Source of the DNA: Candidatus Moraniibacteriota bacterium
Lineage (GTDB): Bacteria > Patescibacteriota > Minisyncoccia > Moranbacterales > GWC2-37-73
Direction of reading: 5' to 3'
DNA: 64,000 bases
NCBI GenBank assembly: GCA_003507445.1
Contig: DNVR01000009.1
Location: 2,485-66,484, forward strand
Positions 1 through 10,526 of this stretch are shown one piece after another. The translations under genes were made by a program, and so were the position numbers. The number at the start of each line of letters is the position of its first letter. The stretch's first letter is position 1. The notes beneath the pieces were generated by a model that saw only the letters and a list, made by a program, of their open reading frames with translations, made no database searches and was not told the DNA's origin.

Positions 1-34
1 GGAGTCGGGTTTACTTTTTTATCTCAAAAAAATA

Positions 35-538
35 TTATTCCACAATAACAAATTTTTCTCTTGGTGCGCCGCATACCGGACAAACTTCAGGAGCTTCGCC
101 CAATTCCAATTGACCGCACACTTGGCAGACAAAATATTTTTGCTCAGCAAGATCTTGACCAGCTTCAATTTCACTTAGAGCTGAAACAAATTCCTTTTGA
201 TGTTTTTTTTCAACTTCATTGGCCCAAGTAAATCCTTTTTCAGAAATTTTTTCTTCATCCTTTTGAGCGTCGCTAATAAACTCAGGATACATTGTTTCAA
301 TTTCATATGTTTCGCCAGCAATTGCACTTTTCACATTTTCAGCTGAGTTTTTGATCTCGCCCAGATTGGCCAAATGTTTTAAGGCATGAATTGTTTCGCC
401 TTCAGCAACGGCGCGAAAAAGTTTAGCCAGATTATTTTTTCCCTCTTTTTCTGCAGCTTTAGCGAAAGCCAAATATTTTCGATTAGCTTGCGATTCTCCT
501 GCAAATGCTGCTTTCAGATCTTCTTGTGTTTTAGACAT
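35..538 (-). CDS. rbr: Rubrerythrin (ferritin-like diiron domain plus C-terminal rubredoxin-like CxxC...CxxC)
   Basis: 167 aa; EGETIHALKH / E..H diiron ligand pattern; C-terminal CQVCG...CPVCG; start ATG 538 directly abuts an ACCCTGTTAAATAA repeat arm. Confidence 0.85.
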   Translation of the reverse strand: MSKTQEDLKAAFAGESQANRKYLAFAKAAEKEGKNNLAKLFRAVAEGETIHALKHLANLGEIKNSAENVKSAIAGETYEIETMYPEFISDAQKDEEKISEKGFTWANEVEKKHQKEFVSALSEIEAGQDLAEQKYFVCQVCGQLELGEAPEVCPVCGAPREKFVIVE

Positions 539-540
539 TT

Positions 541-690
541 ACCCTGTTAAATAAAATTGGATCTTATCACTAAGAAACAAATCCTATTTGTATTAATTAT
601 TACATTACCTATCATCCCGTTAATTAAATCAAGTAGATCCAATTTTAATTCTAAATTTTTTACTAAAAATTTAGAATTATTTAACAGGGT
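541..690. repeat. Inverted-repeat element A (arms ACCCTGTTAAATAAAATTGGATC / GATCCAATTTTA...TTATTTAACAGGGT)
   Basis: Left arm 541-563 and right arm 636-690 are reverse complements; the right arm is interrupted by a small AT hairpin; same family as 22532-22822, 61681-61827, 35233-35290. Confidence 0.5.
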
Positions 691-738
691 GAATTTTTTA
701 GTTACTAATTACTTTTTAATTATACAACAAACATTAAT

Positions 739-1950
739 TTAAGTCCCAGTTTTGTTCGAAGAAATTTCAGAAATAGTACTGTTTATGCTTTTTCCTGCCA
801 AAATATTGTTGATAGCATCTTCATCCTTGCAAGAATACGAATTATCCGGAGAATAAAATTTCTTCTTAGGACCGCGACAACCTCCATTATCTTTATAAAG
901 CACTCCGAAATATGGCATCATAAAACCCATTTTTTGAGCAGAGAATTTTTTGTATAAAGAGTCCAGAGTTCGCGCTCTTTTTTCCTGATCCATTCGAGCA
1001 AAAATATCCAAGTCATCGCTTGGAATTCCAGTCCAATCAAGATGAAGCAAAACGTTTTTTGCTTTAGCTGAAAAATTCTTGTGCCACAAAAGCGCCCAAC
1101 AACTTCCTCTGCCGGAATAACAAGGTCCATCTTCAACGCTGCCATCGGAAGCAAGCCCAACACCTCCTTCAATATAATCGAAGAGTTTCAAATAGTTTTC
1201 ATCTGAAATAGAACCGGTCTGCGCTCCAATTACAATGTCGACATCTTTTTCCTTTGCATATGCTCTCATCTTGGAAACAATCTTGGGGGCATAATCTTTT
1301 TTTGCATCTTCTTGCATATAAATCTGACCAAATGTGAAACTTTGCACGCCAGCATCAACAGCTTTTTGCGTTATATATTGAACATAATCTCGATATTCTT
1401 GACTAGCAAAAGTTGGTTTGCAAGTTCCTTCTCCCCAGACATTCTCACTTCCCTCTCGACACATATCTCGAAAAGCAAACTCCTCATTTTTGATCTCATT
1501 AAAATAATGCGCTCTGAAGTTTATCGCTTCGGCAATAAACATTCCGTATACCAAATCTTTTTTTTCAATTTGATTCATCACATATCCCACTGTTTCAAAA
1601 TCAGGAGGTTTTAGCCACGTTTCAATTGCACGATGAAGATAATAACAATTCGATCTATTGATAAGCGCAACAAAATTTTCATTTTCCGGATTATATTCAG
1701 ACAAGAGACCATCAGCCACGCAACCTTGAGCCTTAAGTTTTTCCATTGATACAGGCTGTGGCTTTGGACGTTTAGTAATATTAACAGGCAAAATTTTGTG
1801 TTGTTTTTTGGTAGCAATCACTATCTCCGGTTCTTCAAATTTAATATTCTTTATGTATAAAACAAAATTTGCACCAGCGAGAAAAGCCACTGCTGCAATA
1901 ACAGCAACAGCATAAGAAGTTTTTATCTCCTGTTTTAGGTTTATTTTCAT
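739..1950 (-). CDS. Hypothetical membrane-anchored protein (N-terminal TM helix, Cys-rich extracytoplasmic domain)
   Basis: 403-aa ORF; hydrophobic N-terminus AVAVIAAVAFLAGANFVLYI; no recognisable catalytic motif. Confidence 0.5.
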   Translation of the reverse strand: MKINLKQEIKTSYAVAVIAAVAFLAGANFVLYIKNIKFEEPEIVIATKKQHKILPVNITKRPKPQPVSMEKLKAQGCVADGLLSEYNPENENFVALINRSNCYYLHRAIETWLKPPDFETVGYVMNQIEKKDLVYGMFIAEAINFRAHYFNEIKNEEFAFRDMCREGSENVWGEGTCKPTFASQEYRDYVQYITQKAVDAGVQSFTFGQIYMQEDAKKDYAPKIVSKMRAYAKEKDVDIVIGAQTGSISDENYLKLFDYIEGGVGLASDGSVEDGPCYSGRGSCWALLWHKNFSAKAKNVLLHLDWTGIPSDDLDIFARMDQEKRARTLDSLYKKFSAQKMGFMMPYFGVLYKDNGGCRGPKKKFYSPDNSYSCKDEDAINNILAGKSINSTISEISSNKTGT

Positions 1951-2016
1951 TTTTTTGCGCTTACTTTTAGCAATGCAAATGTTAATACGCTTAATACAAG
2001 AATGTATTGCAAAATA

Positions 2017-2964
2017 TTAAGTAACTTTAACCATAAATCTCACAATATCCTCCACCACGTTTCTTGTCTTGCCGTGCGTTGGATTGTAATGGATGTATAG
2101 ATCTGGTTTTCCGTTTATTTCAATGATATGAAAAGATTGCTCGGTTGGTTTTTTTGAGATGTCATCGCACATAACATCGATGCCGACAAGATATTTTCCA
2201 ACCACCTTGGATGCTGCCACGCAAATTTTTTCAATATCGCCGTGAACGATATCAGTCACATCGCTTGTTTCTCCACCTTCCGCCAAGCAAGAACTTTTTT
2301 TAATATATGCTATTTCATTTTTTGTCATCACACTTTCCAACGTGAAATTTTGTTCCTTCAAAATCTGAACTAATTTTTCATCGAATTTGGTTCTCTTTTC
2401 AGTTGAATTCTGCTTTTCTTCAATAATCTTACGCAAAGTGGAAACTCCATCGCCAACAGCATATGGAGGGATCATTTCAAGCGCTCCGACGACTTTTTCA
2501 TCCAAGACAAGCAATCTATATTCTTTTCCAAAAACCATTTCCTGTGCAATCATACTGCGATAATGTGGCAATTCCTCCTCAAGCAAAATCATTGCGTCGC
2601 GCAGATTTCCAATAAGAGGAAAAATTCCCCTACTATTGGAACCTTGAGCATCTTTCAAGATAATTGGATATTTTAAGTTATTCAACTGCTTTTCAGCTTC
2701 TTGCTTTATAAAACTTTTTTTGTAAAAACATTCGCTTTGAGGAGATGGCAGATTATGAGCAAGCAAAAGTTTATGTGTAATATCCTTACATCTCGTCAAT
2801 TGTCCACTAACAAAGGATTGGCGTGTGATAGAAATTTTGCGCTCTAGCAAAATGCGTTTACCCAAAACATTAATATAAAAACAGCCCCTTTCAGGGACAA
2901 ATTCTTCAATGGTACCGCCCATATTCAAAATTGCATTTTTGATGATCAATGGATTTTTTTTCAT
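2017..2964 (-). CDS. ATP-grasp family ligase (RimK / cyanophycin-synthetase-like fold)
   Basis: 315 aa; ATP-grasp-like segments YRLLVLDEKVVGALE and HIIEINGKPDL. Confidence 0.55.
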   Translation of the reverse strand: MKKNPLIIKNAILNMGGTIEEFVPERGCFYINVLGKRILLERKISITRQSFVSGQLTRCKDITHKLLLAHNLPSPQSECFYKKSFIKQEAEKQLNNLKYPIILKDAQGSNSRGIFPLIGNLRDAMILLEEELPHYRSMIAQEMVFGKEYRLLVLDEKVVGALEMIPPYAVGDGVSTLRKIIEEKQNSTEKRTKFDEKLVQILKEQNFTLESVMTKNEIAYIKKSSCLAEGGETSDVTDIVHGDIEKICVAASKVVGKYLVGIDVMCDDISKKPTEQSFHIIEINGKPDLYIHYNPTHGKTRNVVEDIVRFMVKVT

Positions 2965-3156
2965 TTTCTTCTATTCGATAATTATTATTTCCAGTCAAGC
3001 AATTAATAATACAATATTTTTCAAAAAATGTCAACTTGGGAAAATTAGCCCGGACACACACTGGTAGAGCCGGTGGATTTTTCTTGCATTTTAAAAAGCT
3101 CCGATGTTAATTGCGACATTGGAGCAAGAAACAAACTCAGTTAAATTTGTTTAATA

Positions 3157-3651
3157 TTATTTTAAATTTATTTTTTCTGTCAGAACCAATTCCCCATCTT
3201 GTTGCTGCAAAACATATTTTTTGTGGCATTTTTTGCAATCAAAATGATGATGTTGCTTATAATCAACAGATAAAATGCTATTACAACAGTTCGGGCATGT
3301 TAAGGTTAATATTATTTTCAACACATCATGTGGGTCTGCTGGCTTATGCAAAATATCAACAAATGGTTCTGAAATATCAATAATGCTGTTTGGAGGAATT
3401 GCAGTTAACGCTATTATTGGAGTTGTTATCTTAAGTTGTTTTTTAGCTACATTTGCAACAGTATGCCCATCCAATTTTGGAATTAATATATCAGTTATGA
3501 TTAAATCTGGTTTATTTGGATTTTGTGGAGCAAGCTGTTTTAAAAGTTCAATTCCGTCTCCAACTTCAATAACCTCATAACCAACTTTTTTAAGACTTTT
3601 TGCAATTTCTTGCCTTACCTCAACCTCATCATCAGCAAATAAAATTCTCAT
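3157..3651 (-). CDS. Orphan response-regulator receiver domain fused to a C-terminal Cys4 zinc ribbon
   Basis: MRILFADDE...DLIITDILIP (CheY-like D-D-K pattern); C-terminal CPNCC...CKKCHKKY; RBS GAAAGGA 9 nt upstream of ATG 3651; no histidine kinase adjacent. Confidence 0.7.
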   Translation of the reverse strand: MRILFADDEVEVRQEIAKSLKKVGYEVIEVGDGIELLKQLAPQNPNKPDLIITDILIPKLDGHTVANVAKKQLKITTPIIALTAIPPNSIIDISEPFVDILHKPADPHDVLKIILTLTCPNCCNSILSVDYKQHHHFDCKKCHKKYVLQQQDGELVLTEKINLK

Positions 3652-3937
3652 TCTGCACGTCCTTTCTGTTGATTTTATAATCAACATTATTATTAAAGTT
3701 TATTCTGAGTATTTTTAAACAAATTGTTAAAAAACTAGGTAAATTATAATACGAAAATTTTTTCGTTTTATTTCTTAAAACATCTTTAAAGGAAATAGGT
3801 GGTGCAAAAGCTGCAATGGCCTTGTTTAAATCAATCCCACACTTAGAGAAATTTACAAGCGCTTTTATAAAACAAATTTGAGAAATTAAAAAAGGCGACT
3901 CTGTTAAGAGTCGCCTTTAAAATATTATCTTTACTTT

Positions 3938-4942
3938 CTAGACGAGGTTAAGATTCGGACCTTCATCCTCGAGAAGGAAGCGAGGTGCAATATCAAGAGG
4001 TGTAAATGCACCTTCTCCACCATTGCTGGAAAGACGAATGGTTGCGCGCGCATAAGCCAGAAGAATGTACGCTGTTGCGAGCGGATTGGAATCCCAGGAA
4101 TTGCGGTATTCCATGGCACCAAATGGTGCTGCGCCGAGAACTAAGCCATCATGGAACATACCCTGGTGTTTTTCATCAAGCTCCTCCTGGCTGATAAAAC
4201 GAACGGTTGTTTTTATGCCCTTGAAATATTCAGGCATGTTGACGATTGTCTCGCGGACAGATTCTTCATCAGCGCCTTCTTCGAGCACAACGATACACTC
4301 TCGCCAGTGCATCTGATCCTTGGTCGCCGAAGTGATTTCACCTTTACGCAATTTGTCGATTGTTTCATGAATAGCATGTGTGTATTGCCTGGCATCTTTC
4401 ACGCCGACTACATTACGCAAAGCATCCGAATGCCCCATACTGAGACCACCGCTTTCGCCGAGACCGTAGAAGCCGAAACTGTCACAATTGCCGAGACAGG
4501 ATTTGAATACTGCCCTCATTACTGAGAAGATGCCGGGATCCCAACCCTGGCAAACTGTTGCCACATGTCCATAGGTACATGCCATCGCATTCATCATTTG
4601 GAAATAGCCGAGTTGTGGCTGACCTTTTTCATTGAACCAGTTGTCAATGTGGCCATGCGTATCAAATGAGCACACAGTGTTGAAAAACTGCTGAAAATAA
4701 GGTCCTTGCACCGGTAGATCATCCTTGCTTCCACCACACAAAATGGCAACGTCGGCATCAAGCTTTTGCCATTCTAGGTCGCGGATCTCGTAAACAGAAA
4801 GGCCTTCATGTTGGTCTTCCTCAATAACCCGCTTGCGGCTCCTGGTAATTATCCCAACCACTTCCATATCAGGAAAATCAACGATTGCCTTGAGCACGCC
4901 TTTGCCAATGTTTCCGAATCCAACAATTACGACTTTTTTCAT
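3938..4942 (-). CDS. ddh: meso-Diaminopimelate D-dehydrogenase
   Basis: N-terminal Rossmann VVIVGFGNIGKGV; overall Ddh-like architecture; RBS GGGAGG 8 nt upstream of ATG 4942; GC content visibly higher than flanking genes. Confidence 0.7.
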   Translation of the reverse strand: MKKVVIVGFGNIGKGVLKAIVDFPDMEVVGIITRSRKRVIEEDQHEGLSVYEIRDLEWQKLDADVAILCGGSKDDLPVQGPYFQQFFNTVCSFDTHGHIDNWFNEKGQPQLGYFQMMNAMACTYGHVATVCQGWDPGIFSVMRAVFKSCLGNCDSFGFYGLGESGGLSMGHSDALRNVVGVKDARQYTHAIHETIDKLRKGEITSATKDQMHWRECIVVLEEGADEESVRETIVNMPEYFKGIKTTVRFISQEELDEKHQGMFHDGLVLGAAPFGAMEYRNSWDSNPLATAYILLAYARATIRLSSNGGEGAFTPLDIAPRFLLEDEGPNLNLV

Positions 4943-5363
4943 TTTATTACCTCCCGTGAGTTTTTGCGTATCATTTATACGCATTTATGAGCACAATGCT
5001 CAAGCCGTATTTTCTTAAGAATTCTTTGCTACATTTTCAAGTTACAAAAACTGCCAAAAAGCAGTTCTTTATAATAACAGATATTCATATTTATGCAATA
5101 CAGGGGGGGTACTCTGAATTGTTGAATTTATTTTTGAAATAAGAGGTTCGAACATCCAGTTCAGAGCGTCAAATGTTAGAACCACTTTAATAGCGAAAAG
5201 GGGCCTTTATTAGGCTCTTTTGTAATGCGACTACCCCTACTGAACAAACTTAGAACTTTTGAATGGAGAGAATTTCAAAATATATTTGAAGAACTTGAAT
5301 TCAATTGGATATGAAAAGAGCCGCGGACATTTGCCAGCGACTCTCTTTTTATTCATATTAAAA

Positions 5364-5753
5364 CTATTTGTGAAACTCCTCTTTGCATTCCTCTGTGAAT
5401 TGCTTTTCTTTGCTTATTGCAGACCAGTAAGTGGCAGTGTTATTAACTGGCAATGCTTCGCATCCTATGTTTGCTTTTGGAAAAAGCCTTCTTACGGCAA
5501 GTCCAACTGCTGCTGCAAGCTCAGCACGTTTAAGCGGAGTACAAGATGACGGAACCTGTGTGATTTCGATGCTGATTTCATTTCCGAGGCCATAGCTCAT
5601 CATATCCGTGGGAAAAAGATTGAGCATCATGCTTTCATCTTTTACGCCAGTTTCTGGGACAGATATTACTGCGGCTACGATTGCGTTATGCAGATTATTT
5701 AAATCCTCCTCGGACAAACCTGCAGGCAAACACCATGTTTTTATGGTTAGCAT
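5364..5753 (-). CDS. Hypothetical protein (129 aa)
   Basis: ORF, stop-start adjacent to upstream 102-aa ORF; GC-richer than genome background. Confidence 0.4.
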   Translation of the reverse strand: MLTIKTWCLPAGLSEEDLNNLHNAIVAAVISVPETGVKDESMMLNLFPTDMMSYGLGNEISIEITQVPSSCTPLKRAELAAAVGLAVRRLFPKANIGCEALPVNNTATYWSAISKEKQFTEECKEEFHK

Positions 5754-5756
5754 CTT

Positions 5757-6065
5757 TCAATCCTCCATTATTGTTTGATTTTGGACAAACCCAGGTATAA
5801 AAGGAAGCTCTTTGTTCTCTATACCTGTTATTTGTGTGGCAGTGTACACCAAGCCTCCACCATGAGCTACCAGTGTCTGTTCTTTAGTGTAGTGACCGAA
5901 AACGATGAGATACTCAGGATACTTTGGATGTTGGCTTACTTCGGTTATCAGACCATCTGCAAGTCTTGATACTTCGCAGGATTGCCAAGTGCCACCCTTA
6001 CGATACAATACAGTCATTTTTACTTTGCACCGATTTTCTTCGATTTGCATCGCCATTAAGTTCAT
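5757..6065 (-). CDS. Hypothetical protein (102 aa)
   Basis: ORF in operon-like arrangement with 5364-5753. Confidence 0.4.
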   Translation of the reverse strand: MNLMAMQIEENRCKVKMTVLYRKGGTWQSCEVSRLADGLITEVSQHPKYPEYLIVFGHYTKEQTLVAHGGGLVYTATQITGIENKELPFIPGFVQNQTIMED

Positions 6066-6202
6066 GTGCTGCCTCCTTTTCTTTTACTAAATTTAATTTC
6101 TAACTAATTTTTATATGATTTCCAGTTGTTTCATGGAAATATTTCTTAAATTGCAATATATAAACTTATAATAAAATTCAAATCTTGTCAAGACTAGACA
6201 GC

Positions 6203-6231
6203 AAAAAGAGGCTAGAATAAGCCTCTTTTTA
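6203..6231. terminator. Rho-independent terminator hairpin (GAGGCT..AGCCTC) flanked by A- and T-runs
   Basis: aaaaaGAGGCTagaataAGCCTCttttt immediately downstream of tRNA-Asn 3' end. Confidence 0.55.
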
Positions 6232-6237
6232 TATTTG

Positions 6238-6309
6238 CTCCGGCGGTAGGATTCGAACCTACGACCAATTGATTAACAGTCAACTGCGCTACCGCTGCGC
6301 TACGCCGGA
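6238..6309 (-). tRNA. tRNA-Asn (anticodon GTT)
   Basis: Reverse complement folds as cloverleaf: acceptor UCCGGCG/CGCCGGA, D-arm GCGC-AGCGGUA-GCGC, anticodon stem GUUGA/UCAAU loop CUGUUAA, T-arm GUAGG-UUCGAAU-CCUAC, discriminator G; CCA not encoded. Confidence 0.85.
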
Positions 6310-6425
6310 ATATATTAGAAATAATGCCTTTTCAAGGCAACAAAAATAGTATAACAAATAAAAAATATCCTGACAAGGGCTCAATAAGCCCCCTTTCGGG
6401 GGCATTATTGAAATTTATCTTTTTC

Positions 6426-7988
6426 CTAGTAATCCTTAAGCTTACTAATAGAGCCGTGTTGGCGAATTTTGTCGAGGGCTTTGGCTTCAATCTGACGAAT
6501 ACGTTCGCGAGTTACTCCAAATTCCTTTCCAACTTCTTCCAAAGTATGTGTCACACCATCTTCCAAACCAAAACGAATTTTAAGAATTTTTTGTTCGCGC
6601 GGAGTAAGGTCGTGCAAAACTTCGCCGACGTGATTTTTGAGAAGTTTTCGTGAAGCGACTTGATGAGGCATCACTGTTTCAGTGTCTTCAATGAAATCTC
6701 CAAGCACACTGTCATCATCAGAGTCCCCAACTGAAGTTTCAAGCGAAACTGTTTCTTGCGAAATTTTTTGAATGTGACGAATCTTGTCTACTTCCAAATT
6801 CATTTCAGCTGCAATTTCTTCCGGCAAAGGTTCGCGTCCCAATTCCTGCACCAATCTTCGAGTAATCTGCGTATATTTATTAATCGTTTCCACCATATGC
6901 ACGGGAATACGAATTGTGCGCGACTGATCAGCCAAAGCTCTGGTAATTGCTTGACGAATCCACCAAGTTGCATAGGTTGAAAATTTGAAACCTTTTCGAT
7001 AATCAAATTTTTCCACAGCGCGAAAAAGTCCGATGTTTCCTTCTTGAATCAAATCCAAAAGTGAAAGATTGTGCGAACGTCCAACATATTTTTTTGCAAT
7101 ACTAACCACCAAACGAAGATTTGCTTCAGTCAGTTTTTGTTTGGATGCCAAATCCCCTTTTTCATTGGCTTTGGCAAGTTTAATTTCTTCTTCAGATTTA
7201 AGAAGTGGCACGCGTCCAATTTCACGAAGATACATTTGTACCAAATCAGAAGAGCTGTCTTCTATTCCATCCAACAAATTTGAATCTGCATTTTTATCTT
7301 TTTTACTTTTTTCATATATCTCAGCTTCCTTGTCTGAATCAATCTTAAGCATATCATCAGAAACAACAATCTTCACACCTGCGGTTTCCAATTGTTCATA
7401 CAGATTTTCAAGTTCATCAAGTTCTTCTTCAACTTCCGGAATAAGGTGAATGATTTCATCTTCAGTCACAAAACCACGTTGTTTTCCACGTGCAATAAGT
7501 TCTGCAATAATATTAACCTTATTTTCTCCTTCTTCTTGCGAAGCTGCTACTGCTTTTTTCTTTGGCTGAGGAGCTTTTTCAACGATTTTCTTGGGCTTAA
7601 CAACAGTTTTTGCAGCTGCTTGCTTGTTTGATGTTGCAACCTTTTTGGGCGCAACCTTTTTAACTGGTTGCACTTTTTTCACAACAACTTTTTTGGTTGC
7701 TATTTTTTTTGCTGCAACAATCTTTTTTGCAACAACTTTTTTCTGTACGATTTTCTTGTTTTTTTTCTGCACGATTTTTTTTGCTTTAATAAATTTTACA
7801 ACTTTTTTAGGCTTAGATTTCACCCCGCCTGCAGCCTTATGCGCAGTATTTCGGGCAGACTTTTTTGAAGAGACTGTTTTCTTCACACTTTTTAACTTTG
7901 TTTTAACAGTCTTTTTTATCGTTTTTTTTACTGCAACCTGCCTGCCGGTAGGCATGGCTTTTTTAATCTTCTTTTTCGTTGTTTTCAT
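6426..7988 (-). CDS. rpoD: RNA polymerase sigma-70 factor RpoD with ~190-aa lysine-rich (KKxV/AKKI repeat) N-terminal tail
   Basis: Regions 2-4 conserved ([40 protein letters not shown]; ...[21 protein letters not shown]); start assigned to ATG 7988 ([10 protein letters not shown]); the upstream in-frame extension listed in the ORF track looks spurious. Confidence 0.9.
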   Translation of the reverse strand: MKTTKKKIKKAMPTGRQVAVKKTIKKTVKTKLKSVKKTVSSKKSARNTAHKAAGGVKSKPKKVVKFIKAKKIVQKKNKKIVQKKVVAKKIVAAKKIATKKVVVKKVQPVKKVAPKKVATSNKQAAAKTVVKPKKIVEKAPQPKKKAVAASQEEGENKVNIIAELIARGKQRGFVTEDEIIHLIPEVEEELDELENLYEQLETAGVKIVVSDDMLKIDSDKEAEIYEKSKKDKNADSNLLDGIEDSSSDLVQMYLREIGRVPLLKSEEEIKLAKANEKGDLASKQKLTEANLRLVVSIAKKYVGRSHNLSLLDLIQEGNIGLFRAVEKFDYRKGFKFSTYATWWIRQAITRALADQSRTIRIPVHMVETINKYTQITRRLVQELGREPLPEEIAAEMNLEVDKIRHIQKISQETVSLETSVGDSDDDSVLGDFIEDTETVMPHQVASRKLLKNHVGEVLHDLTPREQKILKIRFGLEDGVTHTLEEVGKEFGVTRERIRQIEAKALDKIRQHGSISKLKDY

Positions 7989-8269
7989 CTCAAATAAATA
8001 TTTCGCCGAGTAAACACTCAGACAAAATGTTATAAAAAAAATAAAACCCTTCACTAAGCAACTAAGCATGGAGCCTTTTGGAAAATATTTTTCGTCGCGA
8101 AATTTTAAAATTTTAAGCGAAAGACTTGAAGGTTGAGGAGTGCTACATAAAATGTAACACGACGAGACCTGAAAGTTTTGCAGCCAAAATTTTGGAATTG
8201 CAGCAGAAAATATATTTTCCAAACAAGCTCTTAGTAAAACACCAAAAACCGGGGCATCCCAGTCCTTGT

Positions 8270-10075
8270 TTAAGATTGCATTTCTTGAGAAAGCTTTGTG
8301 AACTCGCTCATAAGTTTGGCGAGGGTCTCTTTGTCCCCTTTTTGTTCAGCATTCTCGATTTGCTTGATGATATCATAAAGTCTTTCTTTTTGCAATTCCT
8401 TGATGTATTTAGATATATATTCATCAACAAGCTTTCGCAATTCTTCTGTGGAATATTCCACAACGCCCTCTCGAGTAAAAAGGTATTTGGCATTAAAATA
8501 TATTTTTCGCAGACTTTCAATCGCTCGTTCATCATCAATGTTGGTCAGAAGATTATCAAAAGAAAAACCTGACTCTGCTCCATTTTTCAAAACAAACTGC
8601 ACCAACGAATCATCTTTTGCCCACTGACTTTCCAATTGTGTCTCAAAATTTTCTTTCCATATTTTTGCATCGCTCATAATAAGCCCGATCAGCGAATTTC
8701 TAACAGCGTCACTGCGCTTTTGAAATGATGCCTCTTGCTCAGTCAAGACACTTGAAGAAACAGGGTATTGGGCTTGGCTTTGCTGTCCAGCATTTGCGAC
8801 GACTGTTTTTAATACGTCAGTCACGACCTTTTCTTCCACTTCAACCGTATGCGCAATTTTTTTTATCCAATGAGCTTTCTCAATCTGATTTTCAATGTTA
8901 GCCACGTGTGACAAAACCTCTTTTGCAATATGCATTTTTCCATCTGCTGTTTTTTTGTCATATTTTTTAAGCGCCTCATTGAAAAAATATTCCATCGCCA
9001 AAACCGATTTTTTAACTGCATTTAAAAGCAGCTCCGGATCCTTAGCCACCACATCAGCCGCATCTTTGCCATCCTCCAGTGTAACAATTTTCACGTTCAC
9101 ACTTTTTTGTAAACAAAGATCTGCGCTTTTTTGCGCTGCAGCTTGACCAGCACTATCCATATCAAAAAGCATTGCAATGTTTTCAGTGTAACGTTTGAGC
9201 ATCGTGATTTGATCGCCTGTAAGCGCAGTGCCTGAAACAGCCACAGTGTTTGTAATGCCAGCTTGCACCGAAGCAATCACATCCATATTTCCCTCCACCA
9301 GCAACACATAATTTTTCTTCTTAATCTCGCTCTTTGCATATGAAAGACCATACAGCACCTTGCCTTTGTGATATACCAATGTTTCCGGAGTGTTCACATA
9401 TTTAGCCTGCGATTCATCTCCCCCAGGGGCCACGCGCGCGGAATATCCAACCACATTTCCCATCGCATCGGTAATCGGAAACATAATGCGATCGCGAAAA
9501 CGATCATAATATCCTGAACCATTTTCTTTTTTTACCAACAAGCCAGTCTTCTCAATCTCATCCATACCATATCCACGACTAACAAGGAATTTTATAATAT
9601 TGTCCCAACCATTTGGCGCATAGCCTAATCTAAAATTTTGAATACTCTTATCATTCAATCCCCTTGTGTGCAAATATTGCATAATTCCTTCTTTGCCAAC
9701 ACCTTTCCAAAGTTGAGTTTCATAAAATTTGGTAGCCAATTCCAAGGCCTCCAAAATTCTTTTCTTGTTATCAGTAACTTGCCCACCTTTATATTCCTCC
9801 AATTGCACGCCAGCTTTTTCAGCCAAAATCTTGAGCACCTCACGAAATTCCATACTTTCGATTTCTTGCACAAAAGAAAAAACGTCTCCACCCTTAGCAC
9901 AGCCAAAACAATGAAAGATTTGTTTTTCTTCATTGACCATAAAGGATGGGCTTTTTTCATTATGAAAAGGACACAGCCCCTTCCAATGAGAGCCCGCCTT
10001 TGTCAGCCGCACATACTCGCCCACAATATCCACGATATTAAGCCGAGATTTGATTTCCTCAACGTTATTGTTCAT
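8270..10075 (-). CDS. dnaG: DNA primase
   Basis: Zinc-binding [11 protein letters not shown]...HCFGC; Toprim [10 protein letters not shown]; classic dnaG-rpoD order. Confidence 0.9.
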   Translation of the reverse strand: MNNNVEEIKSRLNIVDIVGEYVRLTKAGSHWKGLCPFHNEKSPSFMVNEEKQIFHCFGCAKGGDVFSFVQEIESMEFREVLKILAEKAGVQLEEYKGGQVTDNKKRILEALELATKFYETQLWKGVGKEGIMQYLHTRGLNDKSIQNFRLGYAPNGWDNIIKFLVSRGYGMDEIEKTGLLVKKENGSGYYDRFRDRIMFPITDAMGNVVGYSARVAPGGDESQAKYVNTPETLVYHKGKVLYGLSYAKSEIKKKNYVLLVEGNMDVIASVQAGITNTVAVSGTALTGDQITMLKRYTENIAMLFDMDSAGQAAAQKSADLCLQKSVNVKIVTLEDGKDAADVVAKDPELLLNAVKKSVLAMEYFFNEALKKYDKKTADGKMHIAKEVLSHVANIENQIEKAHWIKKIAHTVEVEEKVVTDVLKTVVANAGQQSQAQYPVSSSVLTEQEASFQKRSDAVRNSLIGLIMSDAKIWKENFETQLESQWAKDDSLVQFVLKNGAESGFSFDNLLTNIDDERAIESLRKIYFNAKYLFTREGVVEYSTEELRKLVDEYISKYIKELQKERLYDIIKQIENAEQKGDKETLAKLMSEFTKLSQEMQS

Positions 10076-10184
10076 ATAACTTCAGACTAAAGAACTTTGA
10101 CTAAAAAAGCAACCAGAGGCGCAAAATGAAATATTCAAACCCTTGCTGCCCTTTCAGATATGCCACCTTTGTTCAGTTTCAAAG

Positions 10185-10269
10185 CGGAGAGAACAGGATT
10201 CGAACCTGCGTGGAGTTGCCCCCAACACGCTTTCCAAGCGTGCGCCTTCAACCACTCGGCCATCTCTCC
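10185..10269 (-). tRNA. tRNA-Ser (anticodon GGA)
   Basis: Reverse complement: acceptor GGAGAGA/UCUCUCC, anticodon stem CACGC/GCGUG loop UUGGAAA, long variable arm, T-arm GCAGG-UUCGAAU-CCUGU, discriminator G. Confidence 0.85.
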
Positions 10270-10526
10270 GCTTTGAAACTGATTATAATGAGTGGTGCAC
10301 TCAAAAATTCAAAATTTCATATCTCGTCCGCCAGCTGGCGGACTCGAGCAAAAAACTGATTTGAATTTTTGCCGGGGTTTCTTTTGAAACCCGCCGAATG
10401 CTCGTATTCCTCGCATCCGGCCCACTATGCGACCCCTCCAGTTCCGTATTTTATATTTAGTATTTCGTATCTTGTATTTTTGAATTCATACTAAATACCA
10501 AATACCATATACAAAATACTTGTATT

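Noticed and set aside
557-742. 61-aa ORF on plus strand inside inverted-repeat element A
   Set aside because: Low-complexity hydrophobic translation of an AT-rich repeat, no RBS; most likely spurious.
5095-5260. Possible tmRNA/tRNA-like gene (G7 run, GGTTCGAA fragment)
   Set aside because: No acceptor/T-arm pairing and no tag-peptide reading frame could be folded; kept only as island-boundary debris hypothesis.
7069-8013. Several plus-strand ORFs (up to 140 aa, Phe-rich) antisense to rpoD
   Set aside because: Antisense of the Lys-rich (AAA/AAG) region gives TTT/CTT Phe/Leu runs; artefacts of composition.
8126-8572. 148-aa plus-strand ORF overlapping dnaG 3' end
   Set aside because: Antisense to a well-supported dnaG CDS; no RBS.
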